Shown here in pieces: positions 8,708 through 17,972 of a stretch of 64,000 nt of DNA. Every line of letters starts with the position of its first letter. Within the stretch, counting starts at the first letter, position 1. Under the pieces are notes generated by a model. That model did no database searches and was not told where the DNA came from. It saw nothing but the letters and a program-made list of their open reading frames with translations. Source of the DNA: Fimbriimonadaceae bacterium (lineage in GTDB: Bacteria; Armatimonadota; Fimbriimonadia; Fimbriimonadales; Fimbriimonadaceae); contig JBBCJU010000003.1 of the NCBI GenBank assembly GCA_037190145.1, forward strand, positions 2,170 to 66,169, read 5' to 3'. Made by a program: the position numbers and the translations under genes.

Positions 8708-9816
8708 GAAAACACCCGGGGTAAAAGGGGGGAGATTCGGGCGATGACTTCGTAGTTGATCGTCCCTGTCTTCTGGGCAATCTCTTCGGCGGTGATTCGG
8801 TCCTCGCCTTGGCTGCCCAAAAGAACCACCTCATCCTCAGCTTGAGCATCAGGTACTTCCGTGAGATCAATCGCAAACATGTTCATCGCAATACGTCCAA
8901 GGACTGCACAGCGCTTCCCTTTCACCAACACTTCACCGGTGTTGGAAAGACCTCGGTCATAGCCATCGCTATAGCCTTGTGGGACAATGCCAATCTTGGT
9001 TCGCTTGTTGGTTATGTAGGTCAGTCCATAACCAACAGGATGCTTAGCGGGCAGAGTTTTTACTTGAGCTAAGTGCGATATCCACTTCAGGGCCGGCTTT
9101 AGTCCGAGCGCCCCCCAGGTTCGCTCTAGTTGAGGCGAGGGATAGAGCCCATACAGGCCAATTCCCAAACGTACCCACTGGTTTCTCGACGTTGCCCCTT
9201 CTCCAACCATGGCACCGGAAGTTGCAGACTCGTGGCGGTCCATGAGGCCAGCAAGATTTGCCAGACCCTTCTCAAACTCCGTAGTTTGAGCTTGAGCATG
9301 GTTCAAATCAGTTGTGTCTTCAATGTTTGCAAAGTGGGAATAGGCAGCGTGAACATCGATGGATGGATATTTCTTAAGCTCCTCACTGAATTGAGCCACC
9401 TCATCAGGAAGGAGTCCTTGACGGCCCAACAACGCATCAATTTTCACATGAATCCTGGCTCGAATTCCTAGCTTATCGCAAGCTTGCTGAATCCATGGTA
9501 ATCGTTCTACATCATAAATCGCCAACTCAGATCCGAGGGCCAAAGCATCCTCAATTCTTTCCCTCTGCACATAGCCCAAGACTAGAGTAGGAACTTTGCT
9601 GATCTTTCGAATGGCATACAACTCTTCAATATCATCAATCGCAAAGTAGTCAACTTGTCCATCCAGTGCCCTCACCACCGGTTCTAAACCATGGCCATAC
9701 GCATTTGCTTTAACAACCGCAACCACCTTGCGAGCAATCGGGCACAAGGTCTTTAGAGCCTCCAAATTGTGAAGAAGTGAAGCGCGGTTAACCTCAATAC
9801 GTGAAAGATGTCTCAT
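8704..9816 (-). CDS. alr: Alanine racemase
   Basis: VVKANAYGHG PLP-lysine motif. 370 aa with full-length similarity pattern to Alr. Confidence 0.9.
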   Translation of the reverse strand: MRHLSRIEVNRASLLHNLEALKTLCPIARKVVAVVKANAYGHGLEPVVRALDGQVDYFAIDDIEELYAIRKISKVPTLVLGYVQRERIEDALALGSELAIYDVERLPWIQQACDKLGIRARIHVKIDALLGRQGLLPDEVAQFSEELKKYPSIDVHAAYSHFANIEDTTDLNHAQAQTTEFEKGLANLAGLMDRHESATSGAMVGEGATSRNQWVRLGIGLYGLYPSPQLERTWGALGLKPALKWISHLAQVKTLPAKHPVGYGLTYITNKRTKIGIVPQGYSDGYDRGLSNTGEVLVKGKRCAVLGRIAMNMFAIDLTEVPDAQAEDEVVLLGSQGEDRITAEEIAQKTGTINYEVIARISPLLPRVFS

Positions 9817-10607
9817 AGCTTCACTAGCTCCAGCTTCAAGTCCTCACCCATTAGCCGATGCACAAACTCAATATAGCCCGGACTTAAATCAGTCACCTGA
9901 AACAGCCGTTTACCAGACTTTTCCAACTTCGATTCAATCTCAGGATGACGTTCTAGGTAGTCAGCTAGTTTATCTGGCACGACTTCATCTTGAGAGATCA
10001 CCGGACAATCGATCATTTCTCGAACAATGTCCTTGAGAAGACAATAGTGAGTACAGCCTAAGATCAGGGAATCAATCTGAACCTCTTTCAACGGTTGCAG
10101 GTAATCCTCTAAAATGCCCCGGGCGTACTTCAAACCGTCGTTCTCGACCAACGGAACGAGAAGAGGAGCGGCCTTGGCAACAACCTCAGCACCCGGTCGA
10201 ATTCGCTCCACTTCTCTAGTGTAAGAACCTGATTCCACGGTACTTGCGGTAGCCAAAACTCCAACCCTCTTTGAATCTGGGGAGCCTAAAGCAACCTCCA
10301 CCGCAGGGATCAGAACACCGAGAATCCTTCGGTCTGGATAGCGAGTTGGAAGATACTGCTGTTGACTATGCCTTAAAGCTTCTGCGGAGGCCGTATTGCA
10401 GGCGAGGATGACGAGTTGACAGTCCTGCTCAAAGAGGTAGTCCAAAGCTTCTTGGACAAACTGATGAATCGTCTCTTGAGACCGATTGCCATAGGGGACC
10501 CTTTTGGTATCCCCTAGGTAGAGATAATCGTATTGAGGTAGCCGGGCCATAATGGCCCGGGCAATCGACAATCCGCCGAGGCCCGAATCAAAGACCCCGA
10601 TCTTCAT
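9813..10607 (-). CDS. murI: Glutamate racemase
   Basis: GVFDSGLGGLS, ILACNTAS and LGCTHY motifs with both catalytic Cys. 264 aa. Confidence 0.9.
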   Translation of the reverse strand: MKIGVFDSGLGGLSIARAIMARLPQYDYLYLGDTKRVPYGNRSQETIHQFVQEALDYLFEQDCQLVILACNTASAEALRHSQQQYLPTRYPDRRILGVLIPAVEVALGSPDSKRVGVLATASTVESGSYTREVERIRPGAEVVAKAAPLLVPLVENDGLKYARGILEDYLQPLKEVQIDSLILGCTHYCLLKDIVREMIDCPVISQDEVVPDKLADYLERHPEIESKLEKSGKRLFQVTDLSPGYIEFVHRLMGEDLKLELVKL

Positions 10608-10612
10608 CGCAT

Positions 10613-12118
10613 CTAGCGAGCTGCAGCCACTTCTTTGGGCTCAAAAGTCCACCGAACATCCAGGTCCTTGACTGCCTTCGTCTCATCCAGGCGACCCACC
10701 ACCTGAGTGGTTGGGGCATCGTGGAGAAGGTCTGGATTGGTCTCAGCTTCCTTGCAGATAGCGATCATTGCATCACAGAAGGCGTCCAGTGTCTCTTTGG
10801 ACTCGGTCTCGGTGGGCTCGATCATGAGGCACTCAGGGACGATCAATGGGAAGTAGTTCGTCGGAGGGTGATATCCATAGTCGATAAGTCGCTTGCTGAT
10901 GTCAAGGGCACGAACCCCATGCTCCTTCTTATACTTCTCTGCCGTCAAAATGCACTCGTGCATGCAAGGGCGATCATGTGCGGGAGGGAGCACATCTTTC
11001 AGTCGCGCACGAACATAGTTGGCGTTGAGAACCGCGTGGCGCGAAATGTCAGCCATCTTCTCTTTACCAAAAGCTCGGAGATAAGTGTAAGCGCGGACTT
11101 CCATTAGGAACTGTCCGTAGAATGCTGAGATGCGTCCGATAGAGTGAGGGCGAGTGTAATCTGCGATCACTTCCCCACTTTCGTTTCGGCGAATTACGGG
11201 AACAGGAAGGTGAGGCTCAAGGTGCTTTTGCAAGCCGATAGCTCCACAACCAGGACCACCACCTCCGTGCGGGGTGCTGAACGTCTTGTGAAGATTGAGG
11301 TGCATGCAGTCGAAACCATGATCGCCGGGACGAGTGGTTCCCAGCATTGCGTTCATGTTCGCGCCGTCACAGAAGACCTGTCCACCAACAGCGTGAATCA
11401 TCTCACAAACCTTCTCGATATTGGGCTCAAATAATCCGAGCGTCGATGGGTTTGTAAGCATGAGAGCGGCTACGGCTTGGCCTTTTTCGCCTTCCAGCGC
11501 CTCAGCTAATGCCTTCAGGTCCGTATTGCCGTCGGCATCGGTTGGAATGGACTTCACGTCATACCCACATCGAGCGGCAGAGGCAGGATTGGTACCGTGA
11601 GCAGAGTCCGGAACCAATACTGTATGTCGTTGTGTGCCTTCTCCTTTGGCCTCGAAGTAAGCCTTGATCAGCATCAGACAAGCCATTTCACCATGGGCAC
11701 CGGCAAGCGGTTGCAGGGTGATATGATCAAACCCTGTGATCTCCCCAAGCATTTCCTGGACGCCGATCAGGATTTCTAGTGCTCCCGGAATGGTCTCCAC
11801 CGGTTGCATCGGGTGAATGTTTGCAAAACCTGGCAACCCAGCGGTCTTTTCATTGATCTTTGGGTTGTATTTCATCGTACAGGAACCCAGCGGATAGAAG
11901 CCGGTCTCGATTCCGTAGTTGATGTGGCTCAGGTTTGTAAAGTGGCGAAGCAAGTCCAGCTCGCCAATCTCGGGCAGGTGCAGATCATCACGAGTCTCGC
12001 CAACGGCTAAGGCAATATCCACCTCAGGCGTATCGCAAACCGGAATATTGCATCCAATGCGCCCTGGCGATGACTTTTCAAATATGGACTGGGGTACGGG
12101 AACAGTTTTTGTAGGCAT
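10613..12118 (-). CDS. gcvPB: Glycine dehydrogenase (decarboxylating) subunit 2
   Basis: 501 aa with HLNLHKTFSTPHGGGGPG (PLP-Lys region) typical of GcvPB. Follows gcvPA with a 3-nt gap. Confidence 0.95.
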   Translation of the reverse strand: MPTKTVPVPQSIFEKSSPGRIGCNIPVCDTPEVDIALAVGETRDDLHLPEIGELDLLRHFTNLSHINYGIETGFYPLGSCTMKYNPKINEKTAGLPGFANIHPMQPVETIPGALEILIGVQEMLGEITGFDHITLQPLAGAHGEMACLMLIKAYFEAKGEGTQRHTVLVPDSAHGTNPASAARCGYDVKSIPTDADGNTDLKALAEALEGEKGQAVAALMLTNPSTLGLFEPNIEKVCEMIHAVGGQVFCDGANMNAMLGTTRPGDHGFDCMHLNLHKTFSTPHGGGGPGCGAIGLQKHLEPHLPVPVIRRNESGEVIADYTRPHSIGRISAFYGQFLMEVRAYTYLRAFGKEKMADISRHAVLNANYVRARLKDVLPPAHDRPCMHECILTAEKYKKEHGVRALDISKRLIDYGYHPPTNYFPLIVPECLMIEPTETESKETLDAFCDAMIAICKEAETNPDLLHDAPTTQVVGRLDETKAVKDLDVRWTFEPKEVAAAR

Positions 12119-12121
12119 TTC

Positions 12122-13453
12122 TTACTTGAGGGCAGTCGCCAACTCGGCGGCAAATTGGTCAATCTCAGCTTTAGAGCGAATCTCAGTGACAGCTACCAGA
12201 AGGCAGTTATCCATGTCTGGATAGTAGTGGCCTAACGGCAAACCCGCCAAGATTCCCTTCTTCAGCAGAGAATCTCGAACTTCAACCGCATTCTTGCCAA
12301 GGTCCAAAACAAACTCGCCGAAGACTTTGCCGGAATACCGAATCTTGGCTCCAGCGTCCACCAAGGCTTTTATCGCATATTGCGTATTTCGGACCGACGA
12401 CTCTGCGACTTGCCTCATACCGTTCTTGCCCAGAGCTTCCATGTAGATGGTTGCGGCCAATGCCATCAGGGCTTCATTGGTACAGATATTGGAGGTTGCC
12501 TTCTCGCGTCGAATATCCTGCTCGCGAGTTCGTAGAGTCATTACGTAGCCAGGAGTTCCGTTATGGTCCTCGGTGCGACCAACGATTCTTCCAGGAATCC
12601 TTCGCACCAAATCCTTTTTACAGGCAAACAGACCCACCATTGGACCGCCCAGTCCCATCGCGACTCCCATTGGCTGCCCTTCTCCTACGACGATATCAGC
12701 ACCATAGGCTCCAGGAGATTTCAGTAAAGCACAAGCAACTGGGTCTGCGACCACGATAAGCATCGCTCCGGTGTCATCCGCAACCTTTCGAGCTGCCGCC
12801 AGATCTTCGATCCCGCCGAAGAAGTTGGGATACTGGACAATAACACAAGCAGATTCACTACCCACGGCAGAAAGGTCCGTCATCCCGTTAGGGGTAGAAA
12901 GAGTCTCTACGGTCAAGCTCATCGACCAACAGTACGTATCCAACACCTGGCGATAATGAGGATGCACCGCTCCACTCACCATGATCTTGGTTCGACCGTT
13001 CAAGCCGTGCGCTAGAATTGCGGCCTCTGCCATAGAGGTAGATCCATCGTACATAGAGGCGTTTGCGATGTCCATTCCATAGAGTTCCGCGACCATTGTT
13101 TGAAACTCATAGATGGTTTGAAGGTAGCCCTGGGAAAGTTCAGGCTGGTAAGGAGTGTAAGCGGTTAGAAACTCTCCGCGTGAAATGATCGCGCCAACGG
13201 TTGCGGGAATGTATCGGTCATAAATGCCCGCACCCAGAAAGCACGTAACGTCTTGTAGGTTAACGTTCTTCTTGGCGATCTCCGCCATGTGCCCATAGAG
13301 GCGATACTCGTCCAGAGCGGGGGGGATATTTAGCGAACCTGGAGCAATACGTAGGTTCTGGGGAATCTCGCGGAAGAGTTCATCAATTGACTCTGCGCCA
13401 ATCGTGGCCAGCATAGCTTGGCGATCAGCTTCGGTGTGAGGGATGTACGGCAC
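12122..13453 (-). CDS. gcvPA: Glycine dehydrogenase (decarboxylating) subunit 1
   Basis: 443 aa. The MPYIPHT...FLGAGIYD...TAYTPYQPELSQG blocks are typical of GcvPA. Confidence 0.95.
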   Translation of the reverse strand: MPYIPHTEADRQAMLATIGAESIDELFREIPQNLRIAPGSLNIPPALDEYRLYGHMAEIAKKNVNLQDVTCFLGAGIYDRYIPATVGAIISRGEFLTAYTPYQPELSQGYLQTIYEFQTMVAELYGMDIANASMYDGSTSMAEAAILAHGLNGRTKIMVSGAVHPHYRQVLDTYCWSMSLTVETLSTPNGMTDLSAVGSESACVIVQYPNFFGGIEDLAAARKVADDTGAMLIVVADPVACALLKSPGAYGADIVVGEGQPMGVAMGLGGPMVGLFACKKDLVRRIPGRIVGRTEDHNGTPGYVMTLRTREQDIRREKATSNICTNEALMALAATIYMEALGKNGMRQVAESSVRNTQYAIKALVDAGAKIRYSGKVFGEFVLDLGKNAVEVRDSLLKKGILAGLPLGHYYPDMDNCLLVAVTEIRSKAEIDQFAAELATALK

Positions 13454-13545
13454 TTGGTTACTTAGTTTTTCCTTTCTAGATTAAGTTGTAGATAAGGGAA
13501 AGAACCAAAAGAAAGCACTCCTTCCCTTTTCAAATTGTCGACTGC

Positions 13546-13923
13546 TTAGCCAGTAACAGCTTTGTAATCGTCAGCAGACATCAGCCCTTCTACATCCGCA
13601 GGGTTTACGCGTAGCTTCATCATAAATCCCTTGCCATATGGATCAGAGTTGATCAATTCTGATTGAGCACCGAGGGCTTCATTTGACTCGATCACTTCAC
13701 CGGTAATGGGTGCATACACGTCGCTTACGGTCTTAACTGACTCAACGGAACCAAATGTGTCCCCAGCAGTCAGAGCACGTCCTACATTAGGAAGCTCAAC
13801 AAATACAACGTCACCAAGTTCTGACTGGGCAAAGTCAGTGATACCGATGGTGGCGACATCGCCTTCCAAACGAACCCACTCGTGGGTCTTGGTGTACTTC
13901 AAATCAGCAGGAATATTCGACAT
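13546..13923 (-). CDS. gcvH: Glycine cleavage system H protein
   Basis: 125 aa. ESVKTVSDVYAP lipoyl-lysine motif and YTKTHEWV N-terminal block. Confidence 0.95.
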   Translation of the reverse strand: MSNIPADLKYTKTHEWVRLEGDVATIGITDFAQSELGDVVFVELPNVGRALTAGDTFGSVESVKTVSDVYAPITGEVIESNEALGAQSELINSDPYGKGFMMKLRVNPADVEGLMSADDYKAVTG

Positions 13924-14027
13924 TCAGTCTCCGTATGGATGAGATGATATGAGGATACCTTCGCATCGTGAATTCCGTGTGAGGGTGAAGGGACCACCAG
14001 AAAGCCACAGTGACTCATAATGACGAC

Positions 14028-14756
14028 ATGCTGCGCATTGACTTCCTAACACTCTTTCCAGAGATGGTGATCAATGCATGCCGCCATAGCATTTTGGCTC
14101 GAGCTGAAGCTGAGCAAAAGGTGACATTTGGAGCAGTCAACCCAAGGGACTTCACCTATGATCGCCATGGCAAAGTTGATGACACACCCTACGGCGGAGC
14201 CTCCGGGATGCTTATTGCGGTTGAACCCGTTGAAATGGCCCTCCGGCAATTAGGGCTGGGGGCCGAAAAGTCACCAAAGATCGCTGTAGTCATGACGGAC
14301 CCCACGGGCAAATCCTTTCATCAGTCAGATTCACAAGAGCTCGCAGAAATGGACCATATCGTGTTCCTCTGTGGGCACTACGAAGGATTCGATGATAGAG
14401 TGCGGGAAATCTTTGCAACCCATTGCTTTAGCATCGGAGACTATATCCTAACGGGTGGCGAGCTACCGGCTCTGGTCATGACCGATAGCATCGTGCGGCT
14501 ACTGCCCGGTGCATTAGGAAGTGCAGGAAGCCTTCACCAAGATAGCCATTCAGATGGCCTTCTTAGCTCCCCCAATTTCACTCGACCCGAGATCTACCAA
14601 GGACATAAAGTTCCCGATGTGCTCCTCAGTGGCGACCACAAAAAGATCAAGAATTGGCGACGGAAGATCTCCCTTGAATTGACTCTGAAAAATCGGCCAG
14701 ACCTACTGAGGAAAGCGGACCTGGATATCAGTGATCTTGATGTGCTATCATCTTAA
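14028..14756 (+). CDS. trmD: tRNA (guanine37-N1)-methyltransferase
   Basis: MLRIDFLTLFPEM...PRDFTYDRHGKVDDTPYGG aligns with the TrmD N-terminus. The ORF also opens at GTG 14010, so the ATG at 14028 is preferred by homology. Confidence 0.9.
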   Translation: MLRIDFLTLFPEMVINACRHSILARAEAEQKVTFGAVNPRDFTYDRHGKVDDTPYGGASGMLIAVEPVEMALRQLGLGAEKSPKIAVVMTDPTGKSFHQSDSQELAEMDHIVFLCGHYEGFDDRVREIFATHCFSIGDYILTGGELPALVMTDSIVRLLPGALGSAGSLHQDSHSDGLLSSPNFTRPEIYQGHKVPDVLLSGDHKKIKNWRRKISLELTLKNRPDLLRKADLDISDLDVLSS

Positions 14757-14807
14757 GCTCGCAGAGGCCATCTAGCCTGTTGCGCTGTTACAAGGGAATT
14801 AAGAAGA

Positions 14808-15158
14808 ATGTCGAAAGCGGCGATTTTAGAGAGTGTCGTTCAGGATTGTAAGAAGACCGATTTGCCAACCATTTGGCCCGGCGACACCGTTAAGGTTAGT
14901 GTAAAGGTCCGTGAAGGCGGCAAAGAACGAATTCAGATGTATGAAGGCGTGGTCATTGGCGTTAAGAACGGTGGCATCGCAGAAACCATTCAGGTTCGAA
15001 AGATTTCAAACGGAGTTGGTGTTGAGCGAACGTTCCCCATCCACTCGCCAAACGTTGCAAAGATTGATGTAACTCGACGCGGTCGAGTTCGAAGAGCTAA
15101 GCTTTACTACCTTCGAGACAAGGTTGGTAAGGACGCACGAATCAAAGAGCGACGCTAA
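14808..15158 (+). CDS. rplS: 50S ribosomal protein L19
   Basis: 116 aa. [26 protein letters not shown] and RRAKLYYLR are hallmark L19 blocks. Canonical trmD-rplS order. Confidence 0.95.
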   Translation: MSKAAILESVVQDCKKTDLPTIWPGDTVKVSVKVREGGKERIQMYEGVVIGVKNGGIAETIQVRKISNGVGVERTFPIHSPNVAKIDVTRRGRVRRAKLYYLRDKVGKDARIKERR

Positions 15159-15164
15159 AAAACT

Positions 15165-16136
15165 GTGTGGCCAGTCTTCCTTGCCCAAGCTGAACCTACC
15201 GGCGGTCTCCGTGAATTTATCGATACGGTTGCACGGACACCGCTGAGTCAAGTCGTGGCATTTGTCGCAGCTTGCACGGTTATTCGACTGGCCCTTTTTC
15301 CTGTCTTAAAGAACACCCATTCACATCTTCGGACCGGTGGATACAAGACAGCCCGCTTCTTCAACGAGTTTCTGGACGCCATTATCTATGCAGGCGTCTT
15401 CGTTTTCCTAATCATACGACCCTTTGCGGTCCAGGCGTTTCTGATTCCTACGCCCTCCATGATCGATACGCTGTTAGTAAACGACTTTATCGTTGCAAAC
15501 AAAGCGATCTATCGATACACAGACCCTAAAGTTCGCGACATCGTTGTCTTCAAGCCACCTACGGGGGCCACAAGCCAAGATCAGCAAGATGAGAATGGCG
15601 AAGTAAAGGTCGACTTTATCAAGCGTTGTCAAGGTGCTCCGGGCGATGTCGTGGAAGTACGCGGCGGACGGTTGTATAGGAATGGTCAAGTTGTGGACGA
15701 GCCTTATACCAAAGACCCTGAAATGAGGTTCGATTGGAAGCTTGTCAAGTACACCGGAGTCCGCAAAGAATGGGAGGGTAAGTACATTCCCGTCATTCTA
15801 GAAAACGGATTTGATTCATCGCCCAATTACAACGTCGCTTCCGGAATTTCCAAAGAGTTTGCGGTCGGGGCAACCGATGCAGACAAGGAAACTAAAGAAG
15901 CTTGGGTCTTGAGCTGGAAAGATCGATCTAGCTTGAGCGACGAAGAGAAAACCGTCCTTAAAGAGTTGGAAGACCTAAAGCCTGCTCCGGTACCGCCTGG
16001 CTACTACTTGATGTTTGGCGATAACCGTAACGGCTCCTTCGATAGCCGTGCTTGGGGATTGGTCCCGCGAGACAACATCATCGGTCGAAGCGAGATTATC
16101 TGGCTTCCAATCAACCGATGGCAAAAGACTCGTTAG
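15165..16136 (+). CDS. lepB: Signal peptidase I
   Basis: IPTPSMIDTLLVNDFIVANK (catalytic Ser box), FIKRCQG (Lys box) and GDNRNGSFDSR box. GTG start. Confidence 0.85.
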   Translation: MWPVFLAQAEPTGGLREFIDTVARTPLSQVVAFVAACTVIRLALFPVLKNTHSHLRTGGYKTARFFNEFLDAIIYAGVFVFLIIRPFAVQAFLIPTPSMIDTLLVNDFIVANKAIYRYTDPKVRDIVVFKPPTGATSQDQQDENGEVKVDFIKRCQGAPGDVVEVRGGRLYRNGQVVDEPYTKDPEMRFDWKLVKYTGVRKEWEGKYIPVILENGFDSSPNYNVASGISKEFAVGATDADKETKEAWVLSWKDRSSLSDEEKTVLKELEDLKPAPVPPGYYLMFGDNRNGSFDSRAWGLVPRDNIIGRSEIIWLPINRWQKTR

Positions 16137-16138
16137 AT

Positions 16139-16552
16139 TTACTTTAAAGTCAACAAGACTCCAGCGACAATAAGTAAACAGCCCAGACCCATTTTCAAGT
16201 CAATCTTCTCGCTGAGAAAGATGACTCCAAAAACTACGGCCAAAACAAAACTTAGTTTATCGATTGGAGCCACTACAGAGACTGGACCTCCTTGCAAAGC
16301 TCTGAAGTAGCAAAGCCAAGATAGCCAGGTTGCCAGTGCTGATAGGGCCAAGAATGCCCAGTTGCCCTTTGTCAGTTGACCAAATGAAACCTGCCGAGTA
16401 ACAAGCGCCAGAGATATTGAGAATAAGAGTACAAACCCTACTCTTATAACTAGCGCCACATTCGGAGGAACTCCGTCTACACCCTTCTTTGCCAGAACCG
16501 CAGTTATGCCCGCAAAACCTGCTGAAAGAAGTGCCCAAACTCTGAAATCCAC
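16139..16552 (-). CDS. Small EamA-like (DMT superfamily) membrane transporter
   Basis: 137 aa with 4-5 hydrophobic helices. LSAGFAGITAVLAKKG and PVSVVAPIDKLS resemble a single EamA domain. Confidence 0.55.
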   Translation of the reverse strand: MDFRVWALLSAGFAGITAVLAKKGVDGVPPNVALVIRVGFVLLFSISLALVTRQVSFGQLTKGNWAFLALSALATWLSWLCYFRALQGGPVSVVAPIDKLSFVLAVVFGVIFLSEKIDLKMGLGCLLIVAGVLLTLK

Positions 16553-16606
16553 TATTTGAGGACGTCACAAACGTGAAGAAGGCATTAACGGGTTCAATGT
16601 AGATCA

Positions 16607-17095
16607 ATGCGATTTCTCGTCTTGATCATCAGCTTAATAATCTGTGCTTCTTGTACTAAGACAGAGGTAGCTGTGCAACCACCATCTGCCACCAAAAAAG
16701 AGGTGAATTATACCGTTGGCGGTTTGCTAGATGGAAAGCTCGTCATCGCCGTAATCTCACGTGGGTCGAAGAACGTACCAGTGATCCTTGAAGACGACTA
16801 TGCAGCGATGCTCGTTAACGAGGGAGATGCAAAAATTCCTAAGGCCAAGTATGTCCTGGCCGTCGCCAAAAAGAAGAAGGTGGTTTCTTTTACAGATGTC
16901 AGACAGTTTAAGCTCTCTGCGGATATTGAGGTCCCAAAAACATTTGAGCTACGTCCCTATGACGCCTGTACTACTAGCCTAAACTCTGGGCTTAGTGAAA
17001 CAGAAAAGGAAGAGTTTGCAAAGGTGCTTAAGAAGCACTCAACTGCCAAACCATCACCTACCCACATTACTTGTTCTTGTGAATCAGTAGGCTAA
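16607..17095 (+). CDS. Hypothetical lipoprotein
   Basis: Signal peptide MRFLVLIISLIICASC with a lipobox-like Cys. No recognisable domain. Confidence 0.4.
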   Translation: MRFLVLIISLIICASCTKTEVAVQPPSATKKEVNYTVGGLLDGKLVIAVISRGSKNVPVILEDDYAAMLVNEGDAKIPKAKYVLAVAKKKKVVSFTDVRQFKLSADIEVPKTFELRPYDACTTSLNSGLSETEKEEFAKVLKKHSTAKPSPTHITCSCESVG

Positions 17096-17097
17096 AT

Positions 17098-17173
17098 TGG
17101 TGGGCCCGGCGGGGATCGAACCCGCGACCAAGCGGTTATGAGCCGCACGCTCTAACCGCTGAGCTACAGGCCC
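17098..17173 (-). tRNA. tRNA with CAU anticodon (elongator Met or lysidine-modified Ile2), CCA encoded
   Basis: The reverse complement folds as GGGCCTG-TA-GCTC-AGCGGTTA-GAGC-G-TGCGG-CTCATAA-CCGCT-TGGTC-GCGGG-TTCGATC-CCCGC-CGGGCCC-A-CCA. The stretch from the anticodon arm into the T stem (CTCATAA-CGCTTGGTCGC-GGTTC) resembles E. coli ileX. Confidence 0.85.
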
Positions 17174-17205
17174 CACCAACTCAATTATACCGATTCACTG
17201 GCTTT

Positions 17206-17949
17206 CTACTCCGAGGTTAGGTCGTGAAGAGGTCTTCCCTTTACACCCTTTGTGCTAAAAACTTTCTTCGGAAAATGATTAGTGGACGTCAGGATCACTT
17301 TTTGCCGCCATCTGGAAGTAGGGTCAATCGGCTTTACCCAAACCGAGTCTAAACTTGATAATCGCGTTTGATACGGAAGATGATCGAACTCAAGCTCCCA
17401 AACGGAGAGCTCTTCTACGCTTTCGTTTTTGGTTACAGTTACGCTTCCAAATTCATTGGAATCCCAGATGATAGAGTTCGGCGAGGCTCCCAATGAAATC
17501 GCACAACTTCCACTCAACCTATCCAGGAGACTTGGCCCTTCCATTAGGAAAAACCATGGCGACGCGGCGGTTCCATCTGGTCCGATACTGTCGCTTTGTT
17601 CAGCCGGAAGATCGGATGCGTTTCTCAAGGTAAGTGATTCATCGCCAACATCTTCCAGAACCTTGTTTCCATCAGAGACAACTAGGATGGAAGCACCTTC
17701 TAAATCTCCAAATTCGACTCTCAACTTCTTGGCATCTCGCCATATCTCCATAGATGCGTTGGGAGTAAAACCACTCTCACTGGTCTCACGATGGGAACGT
17801 AGAATCAGGCCGTGGTATGCCTTTTCTTCACTAATCTCAGCCAAGAAACTACGTAGCATGGCTTCTCCAGACCGATCAACTTTGGCTTTGACGCTATCGG
17901 CATTTTGACCTGCTAATGCCGCGATGGTTGCAAGAATAGATCCGATCAT
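17206..17949 (-). CDS. Hypothetical secreted protein (possibly LolA-like fold)
   Basis: 247-aa ORF with a hydrophobic N-terminus. Composition is protein-like. The fold assignment is a guess only. Confidence 0.35.
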   Translation of the reverse strand: MIGSILATIAALAGQNADSVKAKVDRSGEAMLRSFLAEISEEKAYHGLILRSHRETSESGFTPNASMEIWRDAKKLRVEFGDLEGASILVVSDGNKVLEDVGDESLTLRNASDLPAEQSDSIGPDGTAASPWFFLMEGPSLLDRLSGSCAISLGASPNSIIWDSNEFGSVTVTKNESVEELSVWELEFDHLPYQTRLSSLDSVWVKPIDPTSRWRQKVILTSTNHFPKKVFSTKGVKGRPLHDLTSE

Positions 17950-17972
17950 GGTGAATCCATTCTAGCTGCACA

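Noticed and set aside
13924-14009. Looked for a glycine riboswitch upstream of gcvH.
   Set aside because: Only 86 nt separate gcvH from divergent trmD, and I see none of the conserved glycine-aptamer core (GGAGAG ... CACCG ... tandem aptamers).
17429-17908. 159-aa plus-strand ORF antisense to hypothetical gene 17206..17949.
   Set aside because: The minus-strand ORF is longer and has a hydrophobic leader and a balanced composition. The plus-strand frame is Ser/Pro/Arg-rich. Confidence in the minus-strand call is itself only modest.
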